DNA from: Nitrospirota bacterium
GTDB lineage: Bacteria > Nitrospirota > UBA9217
Direction: 5' to 3'
NCBI GenBank assembly: GCA_963749655.1
Contig: CAVVOB010000030.1
Location: 64,001 to 128,000 of the forward strand
Length of the DNA: 64,000 bases
The notes beneath the pieces were generated by a model that saw nothing but the letters and a program-made list of their open reading frames with translations, was not told where the DNA came from and made no database searches. The position numbers were made by a program, and so were the translations under genes. Shown here one piece after another: positions 11,818-23,906 of this stretch (positions are counted from its first letter, which is position 1; every line of letters begins with the position of its first letter).

Positions 11818-12684
11818 ATGCCCAGCTTAAGAGATATTAAAAGAAAGATCACGAGCGTCAAGAAGACCCAGCAGATCACGAAGGCCATGAAGATGGTGGC
11901 CGCGGCGAAGCTTCGCCGCTCCCAGGAGCGGGTCATCGCGGCGCGGCCGTATGCGCGCAAGATGCTCGCCGTGATCGCGAACCTTGCCGGCCGTGTCGAG
12001 CGGGCGCAGCATCCGCTGCTCGCCAAGCGGGAACCGAAGCAGGTGAAGCTCCTCGTGCTCACGTCCGACCGCGGCCTCTGCGGCGCTTACAACACCAACA
12101 TCCTGCGCAAAGCGGTCGAGGCGGTCAAGACGTTCAAGGCCGAAGGCAAGGATGTCAAGGTGAATATCGTGGGCAGAAAAGGGCGCGACTTCTTCCGCAA
12201 GCGCCCGGCCTATACGCTCGGCAAGGTGTGGTCCGACCTCGGCATGGTGGACTACGAGAAGGCCGCCGACGTGGGCAAGAACATCGTCGACCGTTTCATT
12301 GCCGGCGATACCGATGAAGTATACCTGCTCTATAACGAGTTCAAGAGCGTGATCCAGCAGAAAGTCACCCTGGAGAAGCTCCTTCCGGTGGAACCGCCTG
12401 CGGAAGCCGATCCCTTCATGGCTGCCGTGGACTATCTGTACGAGCCCAATCCGGAAGCGATCCTGGGTTCCATCCTGCCGAAGCACATCGAGGTTCAGGT
12501 ATACCGTTCGATGCTGGAAAGCCAGGCCAGCGAGATGGGCGCGCGCATGACGGCTATGGACTCCGCGACCCGAAATGCCAGGGACATGATAGACCGGCTT
12601 ACGCTGAAGTACAACAAACAGCGTCAGGCCGCTATCACCAAGGAGATATCGGAGATCGTCGGCGGGGCGGAAGCATTGAAGTAA
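11818..12684 (+). CDS. atpG: ATP synthase gamma subunit
   Basis: QITKAMKMVAAAKL, DRGLCG, RMTAMDSAT, RQAAITKEISE. Confidence 0.99.
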   Translation: MPSLRDIKRKITSVKKTQQITKAMKMVAAAKLRRSQERVIAARPYARKMLAVIANLAGRVERAQHPLLAKREPKQVKLLVLTSDRGLCGAYNTNILRKAVEAVKTFKAEGKDVKVNIVGRKGRDFFRKRPAYTLGKVWSDLGMVDYEKAADVGKNIVDRFIAGDTDEVYLLYNEFKSVIQQKVTLEKLLPVEPPAEADPFMAAVDYLYEPNPEAILGSILPKHIEVQVYRSMLESQASEMGARMTAMDSATRNARDMIDRLTLKYNKQRQAAITKEISEIVGGAEALK

Positions 12685-12686
12685 AT

Positions 12687-14224
<1,538 letters not shown>

Positions 14225-14254
14225 AAATTGAGCGCTGAGGATTGGAAAAAGAAC

Positions 14255-14680
14255 ATGGTCGCTGAAAAAGGGAAAATGCTTCTCGAAATAGTTGCGCCGA
14301 GCCGACAGGTCGTCCGGTCCGAGCATGTGGATGAAGTCATTGCGCCCGGAAGCGAGGGTGAATTCGGAGTCCTGCCGGGGCACACGCCGTACCTGACCAC
14401 GCTCAAGGTCGGCATGCTTTCCTACCGCGAAGGCACGACATGGCACCATCTCGCCGTGGACTGGGGATATGCCGAAGTCGGGCCCGACCGGGTCGTTATC
14501 CTGGCCGAAGGCGCGGACCGGGCCACGGAAATCGACATTTCCGAAGCCAGACTTGCCAAGGAACGGGCGGAAAAGGCCCTCAGCGAAAAACTGGATCACG
14601 CGGATTACGAGAAAAACCGCATAGAGCTGCTCCGCGCCATGATCAGGATCCAGGTGGCCGAAAAGCACGGACAAAAATAA
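14255..14680 (+). CDS. atpC: ATP synthase epsilon subunit
   Basis: LLEIVAP, PGSEGEFGVLPGHTP, GYAEV. Confidence 0.95.
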   Translation: MVAEKGKMLLEIVAPSRQVVRSEHVDEVIAPGSEGEFGVLPGHTPYLTTLKVGMLSYREGTTWHHLAVDWGYAEVGPDRVVILAEGADRATEIDISEARLAKERAEKALSEKLDHADYEKNRIELLRAMIRIQVAEKHGQK

Positions 14681-14706
14681 GAAGCCGAAAGCTACTCCTG
14701 TTCATC

Positions 14707-14744
14707 AAAAAAAGGCAGCCTCCACCGGGGCTGTCTTTTTTTTT
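14707..14744 (+). terminator. Rho-independent terminator after atpC (bidirectional shape)
   Basis: A-run, GGCAGCC...GGCTGTC stem, T9. Confidence 0.85.
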
Positions 14745-14780
14745 GAGTTCAGGACCGATTGCCGGAGGATGGGAAACCGC

Positions 14781-14817
14781 TTGACACCTCGCCCGGTTAA
14801 ATTTATAATTATTCCAA
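14781..14817 (+). promoter_or_regulatory. Consensus sigma70 promoter overlapped by a PerR/Fur-type box
   Basis: TTGACA(14781)-17-TATAAT(14804); TTATAATTATTCCAA (14803-14817) vs Per box TTATAATNATTATAA. Confidence 0.8.
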
Positions 14818-14829
14818 AGTAGAAAAAAC

Positions 14830-15255
14830 ATGGACATAAACAACGATCAGCAGAAGGAACCGAATGTCCGCCTGAAACGGACGCCGCAACGACTCGCGAT
14901 CCTCGAGTACCTGGATGGCAACACATCGCATCCCTCGGCCGAGGATATTTACCGGGCGGTGTCCAAGAAGTATCGTTCGATGTCTTTTGCGACCGTATAC
15001 AACACTCTTCATACCCTGACGCGCGCCGGGGTGCTCCGGGAGCTCACCATTGATCCGGAGCGAAAACGCTATGATCCCGATACGAGCCATCACCACCATC
15101 TGATCTGCATCAGCTGCGGAAAAGTGTTCGATGTTCCCGAAGAGATCCGCGTCGATCCGCCGAAGACGATGCAGGAAGACTTCACGGTCGTCGGGAACCA
15201 TGTCGAGTTTTACGGATATTGCGGTGTCTGCAGAAAAAAGCGAAACCGGTACCTG
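14830..15255 (+). CDS. perR: PerR/Fur family transcriptional regulator (reads through in frame into fprA as assembled; end approximate)
   Basis: TPQRLAIL, HPSAEDIY, ATVYNTL, HHHLIC..C, YGYC..C. Confidence 0.85.
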
Positions 15256-15315
15256 ACCGCTGCGCGTCCGGCGCAGCAAACAACCAGGGAAAGAGTGAGT
15301 CGACAGGAGGCCGCC

Positions 15316-16566
15316 ATGCGCGCTGTTGAAATTAAACCGAAAATCTACTGGGTAGGAGCGATCGATTGGGCGGTCCGCGATTTTCACGGCTATATTACGC
15401 CGAACGGCACTTCCTACAATAATTATCTGATCGTGGACAAGCAGGTCACGCTCGTCGACACGGTCAAGCACGATTTCTCCGAATATACCCTCGACAACAT
15501 CCGCAGCCTCGTCGATCCCGCTGCAATCGAGAATGTCATCATCAATCACATCGAAAACGACCACATGTCGAGCATCGACAGGATCATGGAGCTCGCTCCG
15601 AAGGCGACGATCTACATTACCGCCCGCGGCAAAAAGGGGCTTGACCGCTTCTTCGACACGTCCCGCTGGAACTTCAAGATCGTCAAGACCGGGGACACGC
15701 TCAGTACGGGCACTAAAACGATCACCTTCCTGGAAACGCCCATGCTTCACTGGCCCGACTCCATGATGAGCTATGTGGCGGAGGACAAGCTCCTGATCAG
15801 CCAGGATGCCTTCGGCCAGCACCTTGCTTCATCGGCCCGGTTCGACGACGAGTACTGCGATCAATATTCCGTGACCGGCCTCGAACACGCGGTGCGCGAC
15901 TATTATGCCAACATCCTTATGCCCTTCGGTTCGCTGGTCAAGGCCAAGATTGCCGAGGTCCGGAAGCTGGGGCTGGAGATTTCGATGATCGCGCCCGACC
16001 ACGGGATCATCTGGCGGCGGGACCCTGAAAAGATCCTTCAGATGTACCTCGACATGGCGAACGACAAAGCGGACCTCCGGGTCGTGATCGTGTACGACAC
16101 GATGTGGCACAGCACGGAACACATGACCATTCCCCTCATGCAGGGGATCAGGGCCGCCGGCGTCGACGTCGATGTTCTGAAGCTCAGGGCAACGCCGATG
16201 AGCAAGGCGATCAAGGGCATATGGGAATCGCGGGCCATGCTCGTGGGTACGCCGACCTTGAACAACATCATGTTCCCGAGCGTTGCCGAGTTTCTTACCC
16301 ACCTGAGGGGCCTCCGCCCCAAGAACAGGCTGGCCGCCGCCTTCGGCAGTTACGGGTGGGGCGGCGGCGCAGTCAAGGAGGCTTACGAAACTTTCAAGAA
16401 AATGGGGCTCGAAGTCGTCGAGCCGGGGGTTGAAGTGCTCTATCGGCCGAGTCCCGAGGACGATAAAAAGTGCTACGAGTTCGGCAAGATGTTTGCCGAA
16501 AAGACGAAAGAGTACCATAAGAAGTTCGACGGCCTGGGAGAGGGGCAGTGCCAGCCGGCGAAATAG
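15316..16566 (+). CDS. fprA: Flavodiiron protein (FprA, O2/NO reductase)
   Basis: [35 protein letters not shown], flavodoxin YDTMW.ST and FGSYGWGG; own RBS AGGAGG. Confidence 0.92.
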   Translation: MRAVEIKPKIYWVGAIDWAVRDFHGYITPNGTSYNNYLIVDKQVTLVDTVKHDFSEYTLDNIRSLVDPAAIENVIINHIENDHMSSIDRIMELAPKATIYITARGKKGLDRFFDTSRWNFKIVKTGDTLSTGTKTITFLETPMLHWPDSMMSYVAEDKLLISQDAFGQHLASSARFDDEYCDQYSVTGLEHAVRDYYANILMPFGSLVKAKIAEVRKLGLEISMIAPDHGIIWRRDPEKILQMYLDMANDKADLRVVIVYDTMWHSTEHMTIPLMQGIRAAGVDVDVLKLRATPMSKAIKGIWESRAMLVGTPTLNNIMFPSVAEFLTHLRGLRPKNRLAAAFGSYGWGGGAVKEAYETFKKMGLEVVEPGVEVLYRPSPEDDKKCYEFGKMFAEKTKEYHKKFDGLGEGQCQPAK

Positions 16567-16678
16567 CAGCATGATTTCACACGACAATCAAAGACGGACA
16601 AAACAGGTCGTCACTCAGGTTTCGGCTTCGTTGCGGCACGCTGACAGCAGTATCAATTTTTTCAACCGGGAGGCTCTG

Positions 16679-16807
16679 ATGTGGAGATGCACCATCTGCG
16701 GATATGTGTATGATGAAGCGAAAGAAGGAACGAAGTTCGAGGAGCTCCCTGATGATTGGGCGTGCCCGGTGTGCAATGCACCCAAGGATGCGTTTGTGAG
16801 GATGTAG
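16679..16807 (+). CDS. Rubredoxin
   Basis: CTICGYVYD...[13 protein letters not shown]. Confidence 0.95.
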   Translation: MWRCTICGYVYDEAKEGTKFEELPDDWACPVCNAPKDAFVRM

Positions 16808-16829
16808 AAAAGAGTAATGAATGAACCAT

Positions 16830-16860
16830 AAAAAAGCGAGCCTCAAACAGGCTCGCTTTT
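16830..16860 (+). terminator. Rho-independent terminator
   Basis: AAAAGCGAGCCT-caaac-AGGCTCGCTTTT. Confidence 0.85.
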
Positions 16861-17010
16861 CTTGTTATATGAGAATCCGACATGAGGAGTTCATCGGCTG
16901 CTTCTTCCTGAACAATGCGGGTTGTCATTCCTCACAACACTCATAGTTACCTTCCGAAGTTGATACCGCATACCCCGAAAATACCCCGCTGGAATACCCC
17001 GCTGGAATCG

Positions 17011-17089
17011 TTGACATTGTTTCGCATCAAGCATATATTCGTCTGGGAAAGAGAAGCCTGTTGACATGGTCATTGCTAAACTCGATATT
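17011..17089 (+). promoter_or_regulatory. Two tandem sigma70-like promoters facing the downstream cassette-like gene
   Basis: TTGACA(17011)-17-TATATT and TTGACA(17061)-17-GATATT. Confidence 0.55.
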
Positions 17090-17214
17090 AACGGATTTCC
17101 GTGGATATTGAGTTGGCCCCAACTAGACAAATGTTAGTTAAACAGTAAATGAAAATGAGCCATTAATATCAGGTGGAAACATTTCTCAGCATCTCCAAAA
17201 AAGGAGACATTATA

Positions 17215-18122
17215 ATGTATCGCTTTCTAGCCGGATGGATCGTAATCGTCCTTTTTTCTGGCCTGGTTTTTCTTTCGGAAGTGAAGAAAGCAGACCAGAA
17301 AACGAGCCGGCGAAGATTCAGGATCAAAGTGGAGAAACTGAACAGGTTAAAAAAATAGGCCCATATGTAATAGAAGGAAAACGTATTGCTATCATAGCTC
17401 ATATTAGAGAGCGTGAAGGGTATGTACTTCCAAGTAGTTACTTTGAGATACAAGATGAAGCTGGAGTATCCCATTGTAAACAAGGATTGGGATTTATTCC
17501 CGGATTATCTACCAATATAGAAGGGGCATTTAAACTCGAAGGCAAAAGTGGGGAAGGTCTGATAATTTATTTCGATTCCGGACCAACTGCCCCGTCCGCA
17601 GGAAAATCTTTTCAAATTTTTGGACTAGAGAAAGGGAATATAAAGCCTTTATCACTTCCAATCACTGTTTACGGAAATTTTGAGCAATTACCAAAAAAAA
17701 AATCTGATCAAGTACTTAAGCTCTTGGACGGTGATCTCATAAAGGCAAAAGTGTGGAAGGGGCTGATTGGAGTAGTGGTCCCCCTCTTGGTAGATTTGAA
17801 GAGATTGACGATTGTGCCGCTAAATAACAACGGCATTTTTGATATTTACCTTGGGTCAGACCCAGATAAACCTTATAAATTACCACGCTCTTTTTATCGA
17901 GACCATAATTTAAATGCGAAGATAGAAAAAATTGATATATTAAAAGGCACGGATGTCCATTTTTTAAAAGCTTTTGCCGATGTCCGGCTGAAACAAGACT
18001 GGGCACCTGTTCTAGATGTCGATGTTTCAAATCTGTGGCTCAAGGTAAAAATCAACGGTCAGGAAGGATGGCTTAATGATCTTGATGATTTTATTAACCT
18101 TGGGTTGAGTCCGAGTGGCTAA
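17215..18122 (+). CDS. Low-GC secreted hypothetical protein (frameshift in T-runs near 17255-17275); probable gene cassette
   Basis: RBS AAGGAG, signal peptide MYRFLAGWIVIVLF joins the long ORF; C-terminal WLKVKINGQEGWL (SH3-like); followed by attC. Confidence 0.6.
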
Positions 18123-18159
18123 CAAGGTAGGTTTGCTAGAACGAAGTGAAAACTGACGA

Positions 18160-18217
18160 TTCTAACCATTCGGCTAGAGGGTCGCGAAAACCGCGCACCT
18201 CAGCCGAGCCGTTCATT
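18160..18217 (+). other. Integron attC-like site
   Basis: TTCTAAC...TCGGCT(A)GAGG GTCGCG AAAA CCGCGCACCTCAGCCGA..GTTCATT: AAC/GTT cores, paired arms with an extrahelical base. Confidence 0.7.
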
Positions 18218-18457
18218 TGCAAGTTAAAACCGGTAATACACAGGATCTCTGATGGTCACAGTTTGCGCAGTAGTTATATATGGATAAAGCAAAATTTATT
18301 TCTTCCTGAACTGTTGAAGCTGCAAGTCCTGCCATCTTTCAATCTTTCACTTCGGTAAGCATCAGCTGATATCCCGAGTAAACCCGTCATTCAAACATTG
18401 ACAACATTTTGTATAAGGCATAATATTCGTTAAAATAATGAATTTGGTTTTACCTAT

Positions 18458-19910
18458 ATGAAAAATCTCTTAGAAGTTCCAATTACATCAGTAACCGCGC
18501 TTACCGCCTGAACGCGCCGTGGTTGTCATGCGTGCCATTCTTCGATCTGAATGCGCATACGCCAAGCTGAGTCCAGCTGTATTGACGATCTCTTCTCGAC
18601 TCACGATCGCGGACGGCGGCATTGACGCGGAAATCAATGTCCCGACCGGGATTACGGTGCCGCACAGATTGCATCTTTCAGCTCGGGCTCACTGGATTCC
18701 AGATCAAGTCTGGAACAGCATTCAAGCCCTGGACATCGAGCGCGATCCGTGGCGAACTGCTTGACAGCCACGGGGAACTGTCCTCCGAGGTGGAGCGACT
18801 TGTACGCCGTCGTGGTCGCTATACACTGCTTTGCACGGGCCATGACCTAACCCCGGAACAGCGTAATGATTCTCGGCACCAGATTGCTGTAGTACTGTCG
18901 GAAATGGGAGTCGATGGATACGATGACCTGATCGAAGTTTCGGCGCGAGTCAGATTGCGGAATTTGCGGAGCGCTATCCGGGAACAGCATCCCTTCTGAC
19001 AGTCGATCCGATTCAGGAAGCCTGGGTCTTTGAGGAATGGCGACAGGATGCTCATTTGGCAAATGCTTTCGAGGCTTCTCCGGATCAGGATGAAATAATT
19101 GCCCGGATTCGGGCAGGTCTGCAGGGCGACATCAAACATATTCGCGTTCTCGGAGAGCCCGGCCTGGGGAAGACACGCATTGTTCTGGAGTCCGTTAAAG
19201 ACGAAAATATCGCACCATACGTGCTTTACATACCGCACGGCTCACAGTTCGGGCAGACAAAACTCTTTCGCCAGCTGCTGAAAAGCGGCTATAGCAAGCC
19301 GCTCGATACTTGTCATCGACGAGCTGCCAGAGTCTGAGATGGCAGATATTTGGAGGCATTTGAAACCTCGTTGCGGTAGCCTGAAGATAGTGTCACTGGA
19401 TCATGGAAGAGATGAAACCCGCGATGAGGAAATTGAACGACTCCACGCCCCGCTTCTGCCGGACGAGACCATTAAAGAGATACTGATCAGACCGAGTCGG
19501 CGAATCACGAGAGATCGATCGATGGGTCGCGATTTGCGAAGGGTCTCCGCGTGTTGCGTTGGCCGTCGGAGACAATCTGCGGGCAAATCCAGACGACATC
19601 CTGAAACCACCATCCACGGTGCCAATTTGGGCGAGGTTCCTGCATGGCTACGGTCGCCGGGAGGAAGGGTTCGCAAGGCAGATCGATTGTGTCGCCCAGC
19701 ATCTGGCCCTGTTCAGCCGATTTGGTTATGAAGCTCCTGTAGGAGAAGAAGCGGTATACATCGCCGAACAGATTCGCAAGGTCGATCCGACGATAGGATG
19801 GGCGCGGTTTCAGGAAATCATTCAAAGTCTTCGTTCGAGAAGAGTACTCCAGGGAAGCAGGACGCTCTTCTTCGTGCCAAAAGCCCTCCACATTTATCTG
19901 TGGAAACAAG
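18458..19910 (+). pseudogene. PD-(D/E)xK-like nuclease + P-loop (STAND-like) NTPase, multiply frameshifted and 3'-truncated
   Basis: DGGIDA...FQIKSG, Walker A GEPGLGKT, Walker B-like LVIDEL across 5-6 ORF pieces; stops at the Y1 element. Confidence 0.65.
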
Positions 19911-19919
19911 AAAGACATT

Positions 19920-21002
19920 GGGGACGTTGTGTCCGGAGTGTCATTATGCTTGACAACCATCACCTCTTCACATAGACTTGCTCCATGCCACGTCAGGCGA
20001 GATTAGATGTCCCCGGCGCGCTCCATCACATCATGGTGCGGGGGAATGACAAAACGAAAATATTCAGAGACGACGAAGACAAGGCGCGTTTTCTCGAACG
20101 TCTTGGTCAAAACATTGAGGAGGGAAAGAGCGCTGTTTATGCTTGGGTGCTCATGGACAACCACATTCATATCCTCTTCAAAAGCGGGGAAGACGGCATC
20201 TCGACCGTCATGAGAAAACTCCTCACTTGGTATGCCCAGTATTTCAATCGCAGGCACGGCCGAACCGGCCATTTGTTTGAAAATCGCTATAAATCTATCC
20301 TCTGCGATGAAGACAACTATCTGCTTGCCCTTATTCGATATATTCATCTTAACCCTGTCCGCGCGAAGCTTGTAGCGAACCTTGAGCAATTGGACCGCTA
20401 TCGTTGGACCGGCCACAGAGCGATCATCGGAAAGATGAGTCATGCATGGATGGACGTTGATCGAGTTCTGGCCGAGTTTGGATCGACCCGGCGTAAGGCA
20501 CTGCATGAGTATCGTCGTTTCATGCAGGAGGGCTTTGGTCAGGGGCGGCTGCCGGAACTTACCGGGGGCGGTTTGATAAGAAGCAAGGGCGGCTGGTCGC
20601 AAGTTCTCTCGTCGCGGCGAAGCGGACAAAGGGATGAATACGATGAGCGTATATTGGGCAGTGGCGACTTCGTGAATAGCATCCTGAAAGAAACAGAAGA
20701 AAAAACGAAGCATCAATTGAAACTCCGGCGAAGCGGCAGGACGCTCGCCTCAATCGTCGAGGAAGAATGTAAAAAAGGGGTGATAAGTCCGAACGAACTC
20801 AAAGGCGGCGGGCGTCGCAGAAAGATAAGCGAACTCAGAACAACGATAGCCAAAAGAGGAAGGGATGAGCTTGGTTTATCGCTTGCAGAAATTGCGCGGC
20901 ATGTGGGAGTGAATACGTCGAGCATCCGCAAGGCAATTTTAAAAAGGGAAGGGACGAAATAGAAGGTATGGCCATCAATGACACTCGGGACACAACGTCC
21001 CC
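19920..21002 (+). mobile_element. Y1/HUH transposase element bounded by 26-bp terminal inverted repeats
   Basis: GGGGACGTTGTGTCCGGAGTGTCATT (19920-19945) vs reverse complement of 20977-21002, 25/26 identical. Confidence 0.8.
19985..20962 (+). CDS. RAYT-like tyrosine (Y1) transposase with C-terminal HTH
   Basis: MPRQAR, HHIMVRGN, LMDNHIH (HUH), GHLFENRY, RYIHLNPVRA; C-terminal LSLAEIARHVG. Confidence 0.9.
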   Translation: MPRQARLDVPGALHHIMVRGNDKTKIFRDDEDKARFLERLGQNIEEGKSAVYAWVLMDNHIHILFKSGEDGISTVMRKLLTWYAQYFNRRHGRTGHLFENRYKSILCDEDNYLLALIRYIHLNPVRAKLVANLEQLDRYRWTGHRAIIGKMSHAWMDVDRVLAEFGSTRRKALHEYRRFMQEGFGQGRLPELTGGGLIRSKGGWSQVLSSRRSGQRDEYDERILGSGDFVNSILKETEEKTKHQLKLRRSGRTLASIVEEECKKGVISPNELKGGGRRRKISELRTTIAKRGRDELGLSLAEIARHVGVNTSSIRKAILKREGTK

Positions 21003-21044
21003 GAAGTTGCGCTATTCCGAAAGGATCATTGATAAGTGAGATCG

Positions 21045-22768
21045 ATGTCCTCATTGAAACAGATATTGCTGCTCGTCCCCATCGGCTTGTTCTTGAATGC
21101 TTGCGGGCCAAGTAATCTTCATATTGCTGCGTACAGAGGCAATAATCAGGATGTTTTATCACTTATAGCCACTGGTAAAGATATTAACGAAAAAGGGGAC
21201 AATGGTTGGACCCCGCTTATAATTGCGGCCATTAAGGGGCATACTGACACTGTAAAAATATTATTAGAAAAGGGAGCTGATATTGATGCACGAGATATCG
21301 ATGGGAGAACAGCATTGATGTATGCCGTAATTTTTGGACGTGAAAAGGCAACCAAATTGCTTCTGGAAAAGGGGGCTAATCCAAACGTAAAAGGTAAAGG
21401 ATTTACCCCCCTGATTCTTTCAATAAATGCAGGACAATCGGATATTGCTTTAATTCTTCTTTTTCACGGCGCAGACCCTAACTTAAAATACTCGATCGAT
21501 AATATGAATCTTACAGCTCTCATGATAGCGGCCAATAAAGGTGATGTTAAGGTCGCACGCGAACTAATTAAGAAGGGCGTAGATATAAATGTCAGAACAA
21601 TTATGGGGCTTTCCGCTTTAGACTATGCGAAAAATAAGGGTAATGCCGAAATGATTAAGATGCCACATTCAACTTTGAAGTGCAACGATTGAGCGAGCAA
21701 CTTCCAGGGGTGTTTTGAACCCCAGACATTTTCTCGCCGATTGTTAATCAGCCGCTCGATTCTTTTTATCTGATCTTTGTCAATCTTACTGAAGTCAGTG
21801 CCCTTTGGCAAGTAGCGACGAATGAGACCATTGATCTGCTCATTTGACCCACGCTGCCAGGACGCATAGGGATCAGCGAAGTAGCATTTAAGACCAAGTG
21901 CGGCTGTCAGCTTTGCGTGATCGGCATTCTCGGTGCCATTATCCAGCGTGAGCGTTCGCCTTCCCTCTGCAGGCAGTTTACGAAGCGCACGGGTAACTGC
22001 CTTATTCGTTTCGGCAGCAGTCTTGCCTTTGAGCTTCGAGAGTCGAAGGAGTCGAGTCGTCCGTTCGGTCAGGCTATGCAAGGCTGCTTTACTGCTGCGG
22101 GAGATTAGAGTATCCCCCTCCCAATGACCAGCTTGTTTCCGGTGGTCAGCAGCCTTCGGCCTGGCATCAATGGAAATCCTACAGGGAATCTTGGTTTTTC
22201 TCACTTTTCTCCCTTTGCCCTTAATGCGGCGTTTCCGATGGGCGCGACAGAGTTGGGAGATAAGTTGCTCACGATCGGGAGTGTCCTGATGGTAAATGAA
22301 CTGGTAGATCGCCTCATGGCTGATCGACTGACCGGTTTTCTTTAAACGACCAGCGATGATCTCCGGTGACCAACCCAGCTTCAGCTTTCGCCTGACGTAT
22401 TGCTGAATCTTCTTGCTCTTCAGCAAGGGCCTGCTATGACGTGCTGTTAGCTTTCTCTCAGCAGACCGCTTGTGAGCCTGACACGGCGTATAGCAGCAGT
22501 ACTCAGTCGAAGCGTTTCGACTCAGCTCCCGAGAGATCGTTCCCTTATCGCGGTCGATCATCCGGGCAATTTCGGAGGGGCCTTTGCCCTCCCAATGCAT
22601 TGATGCTATGAGCTCTCGCTCAGCTTCGGTAAGTTGAACATAGGTTTTTGACATGGCCACTTAGGATAGCAGATTCCTTCCTGCCCTCCCAAGTGTTGCA
22701 CTTCACAATTGAACTTGCGGATGTTACTAGAGGCTGGCGCGCTCGAATTTAACAAGCGTGTTGAGTAA
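21045..22768 (+). pseudogene. Ankyrin-repeat lipoprotein interrupted by IS30
   Basis: Lipobox LNAC, several GxTPL/TALM ankyrin repeats; frame resumes after the IS as MLLEAGALEFNKRVE* (stop 22766-22768). Confidence 0.85.
21662..22719 (-). mobile_element. IS30-family element, copy 1 (1058 bp, 3-bp TSD GAT); transposase 22660-~21669 with a late frameshift
   Basis: Imperfect TIRs, GAT at 21659-21661 and 22720-22722; GHWEGD, DNGTE, WQRGSNE..NGLIRRYLPKG. Confidence 0.95.
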
Positions 22769-23062
22769 TTTCGATGAATTTTCTCCTCCACCAGACAGGT
22801 CGGTAGGCCTAAACAAAATAGGGGCCATTGATAGGTGACGTGTTTTCATCTTCCTTGCTGGTATTGACATGTCAGCTCTCTTTGCTCGCTTATTTTAACG
22901 GTAATTGGTAGTTTTTCTACTCTTGCATATCACCCCCATAGCAGCATGTGTAACCACAAGATTGCTGTTTGTCCGCCGCATAACCCTGATTCCGTTTGAC
23001 ACCCTTTCCGCAAACTTCTATAATCTTACGAATCTTGACAGTACATGCGCGGAGGATTCCCC

Positions 23063-23776
23063 ATGCCTGAGAACCGCAGAAAAAGCGTCAAGGAATGGCC
23101 CGAAGACGAACGTCCGAGGGAGCGGCTCCTGAAGCACGGACCGGCCGCTCTTTCCGATGCGCAGCTGCTTGCCATCATCATCCGGAACGGCAGGGGCGGC
23201 CGGTCCGCAGTCGATCTGGGCATGGAGCTTCTGGAAAAGTTCGGCGGCCTGGACGGCATCGCGCAGGCGGGCATCAACGAGATCTGCGGCAAGGACGGCG
23301 TCAAGGGCATCGGACCGGCCAAGGCCGCGGAGATCAGGGCCGCAATCGAGCTCGGACGGCGGTATCAGAAGCCGAACCTGGCAGGCGCTTCCTTCTGCTC
23401 CAGCGAAGACGTGGCCTCTTACTATCGCCCGCGCATGAAGGACCTCAAAAAAGAAGTCTTCAGATGCGCGCTCCTTGACGTCAAGAACAGGATCATCCGC
23501 GACGAGATAGTCTCGATCGGCAGCCTCACTGCGTCCATCGTCCATCCCCGCGACACGTTCAAGACCGCCATCCGAGAGTCGGCAGCCGCCGTCATCTTCA
23601 TTCATAATCATCCCAGCGGCGACATCCGGCCGAGCCAGGAAGACATCCTGCTGACCCGGCGCCTTACCCAGGCCGGGGAAGTGATCGGCATCCAGGTGCT
23701 CGACCATATCATCGTGGGCGATCAGAATTATTTCAGTTTCCGCGACAACGGATTGATCAACAAGACCGGTCCCTGA
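23063..23776 (+). CDS. radC: RadC family JAB-domain protein
   Basis: ERPRERL, LSDAQLLA, HhH GIGPAKA, HNHPSGD..PS.ED, LDHIIVG. Confidence 0.95.
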   Translation: MPENRRKSVKEWPEDERPRERLLKHGPAALSDAQLLAIIIRNGRGGRSAVDLGMELLEKFGGLDGIAQAGINEICGKDGVKGIGPAKAAEIRAAIELGRRYQKPNLAGASFCSSEDVASYYRPRMKDLKKEVFRCALLDVKNRIIRDEIVSIGSLTASIVHPRDTFKTAIRESAAAVIFIHNHPSGDIRPSQEDILLTRRLTQAGEVIGIQVLDHIIVGDQNYFSFRDNGLINKTGP

Positions 23777-23906
23777 TCAAAGGAAACATGCGGTTTTTCC
23801 GCGGCAGAACAGGCGGATTTTTGATACAATTAATTCAATACACACCAATTGGACGGCAGTACATCACAGACCGTTGTCCTCTATCCCCCCTTTACAGGAG
23901 GTTGTC

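Noticed and set aside
16870-17130. Integron integrase remnant upstream of the 17.2-kb cassette; ATACCCCGCTGGA tandem repeat
   Set aside because: Short minus-strand ORFs show no tyrosine-recombinase motifs; the repeat is a 13-bp local duplication.
23063-23776. radC as a mobile-element anti-restriction gene or island integration site
   Set aside because: Full-length chromosomal form with HhH region and host-like GC; uninterrupted, with no att duplication seen.
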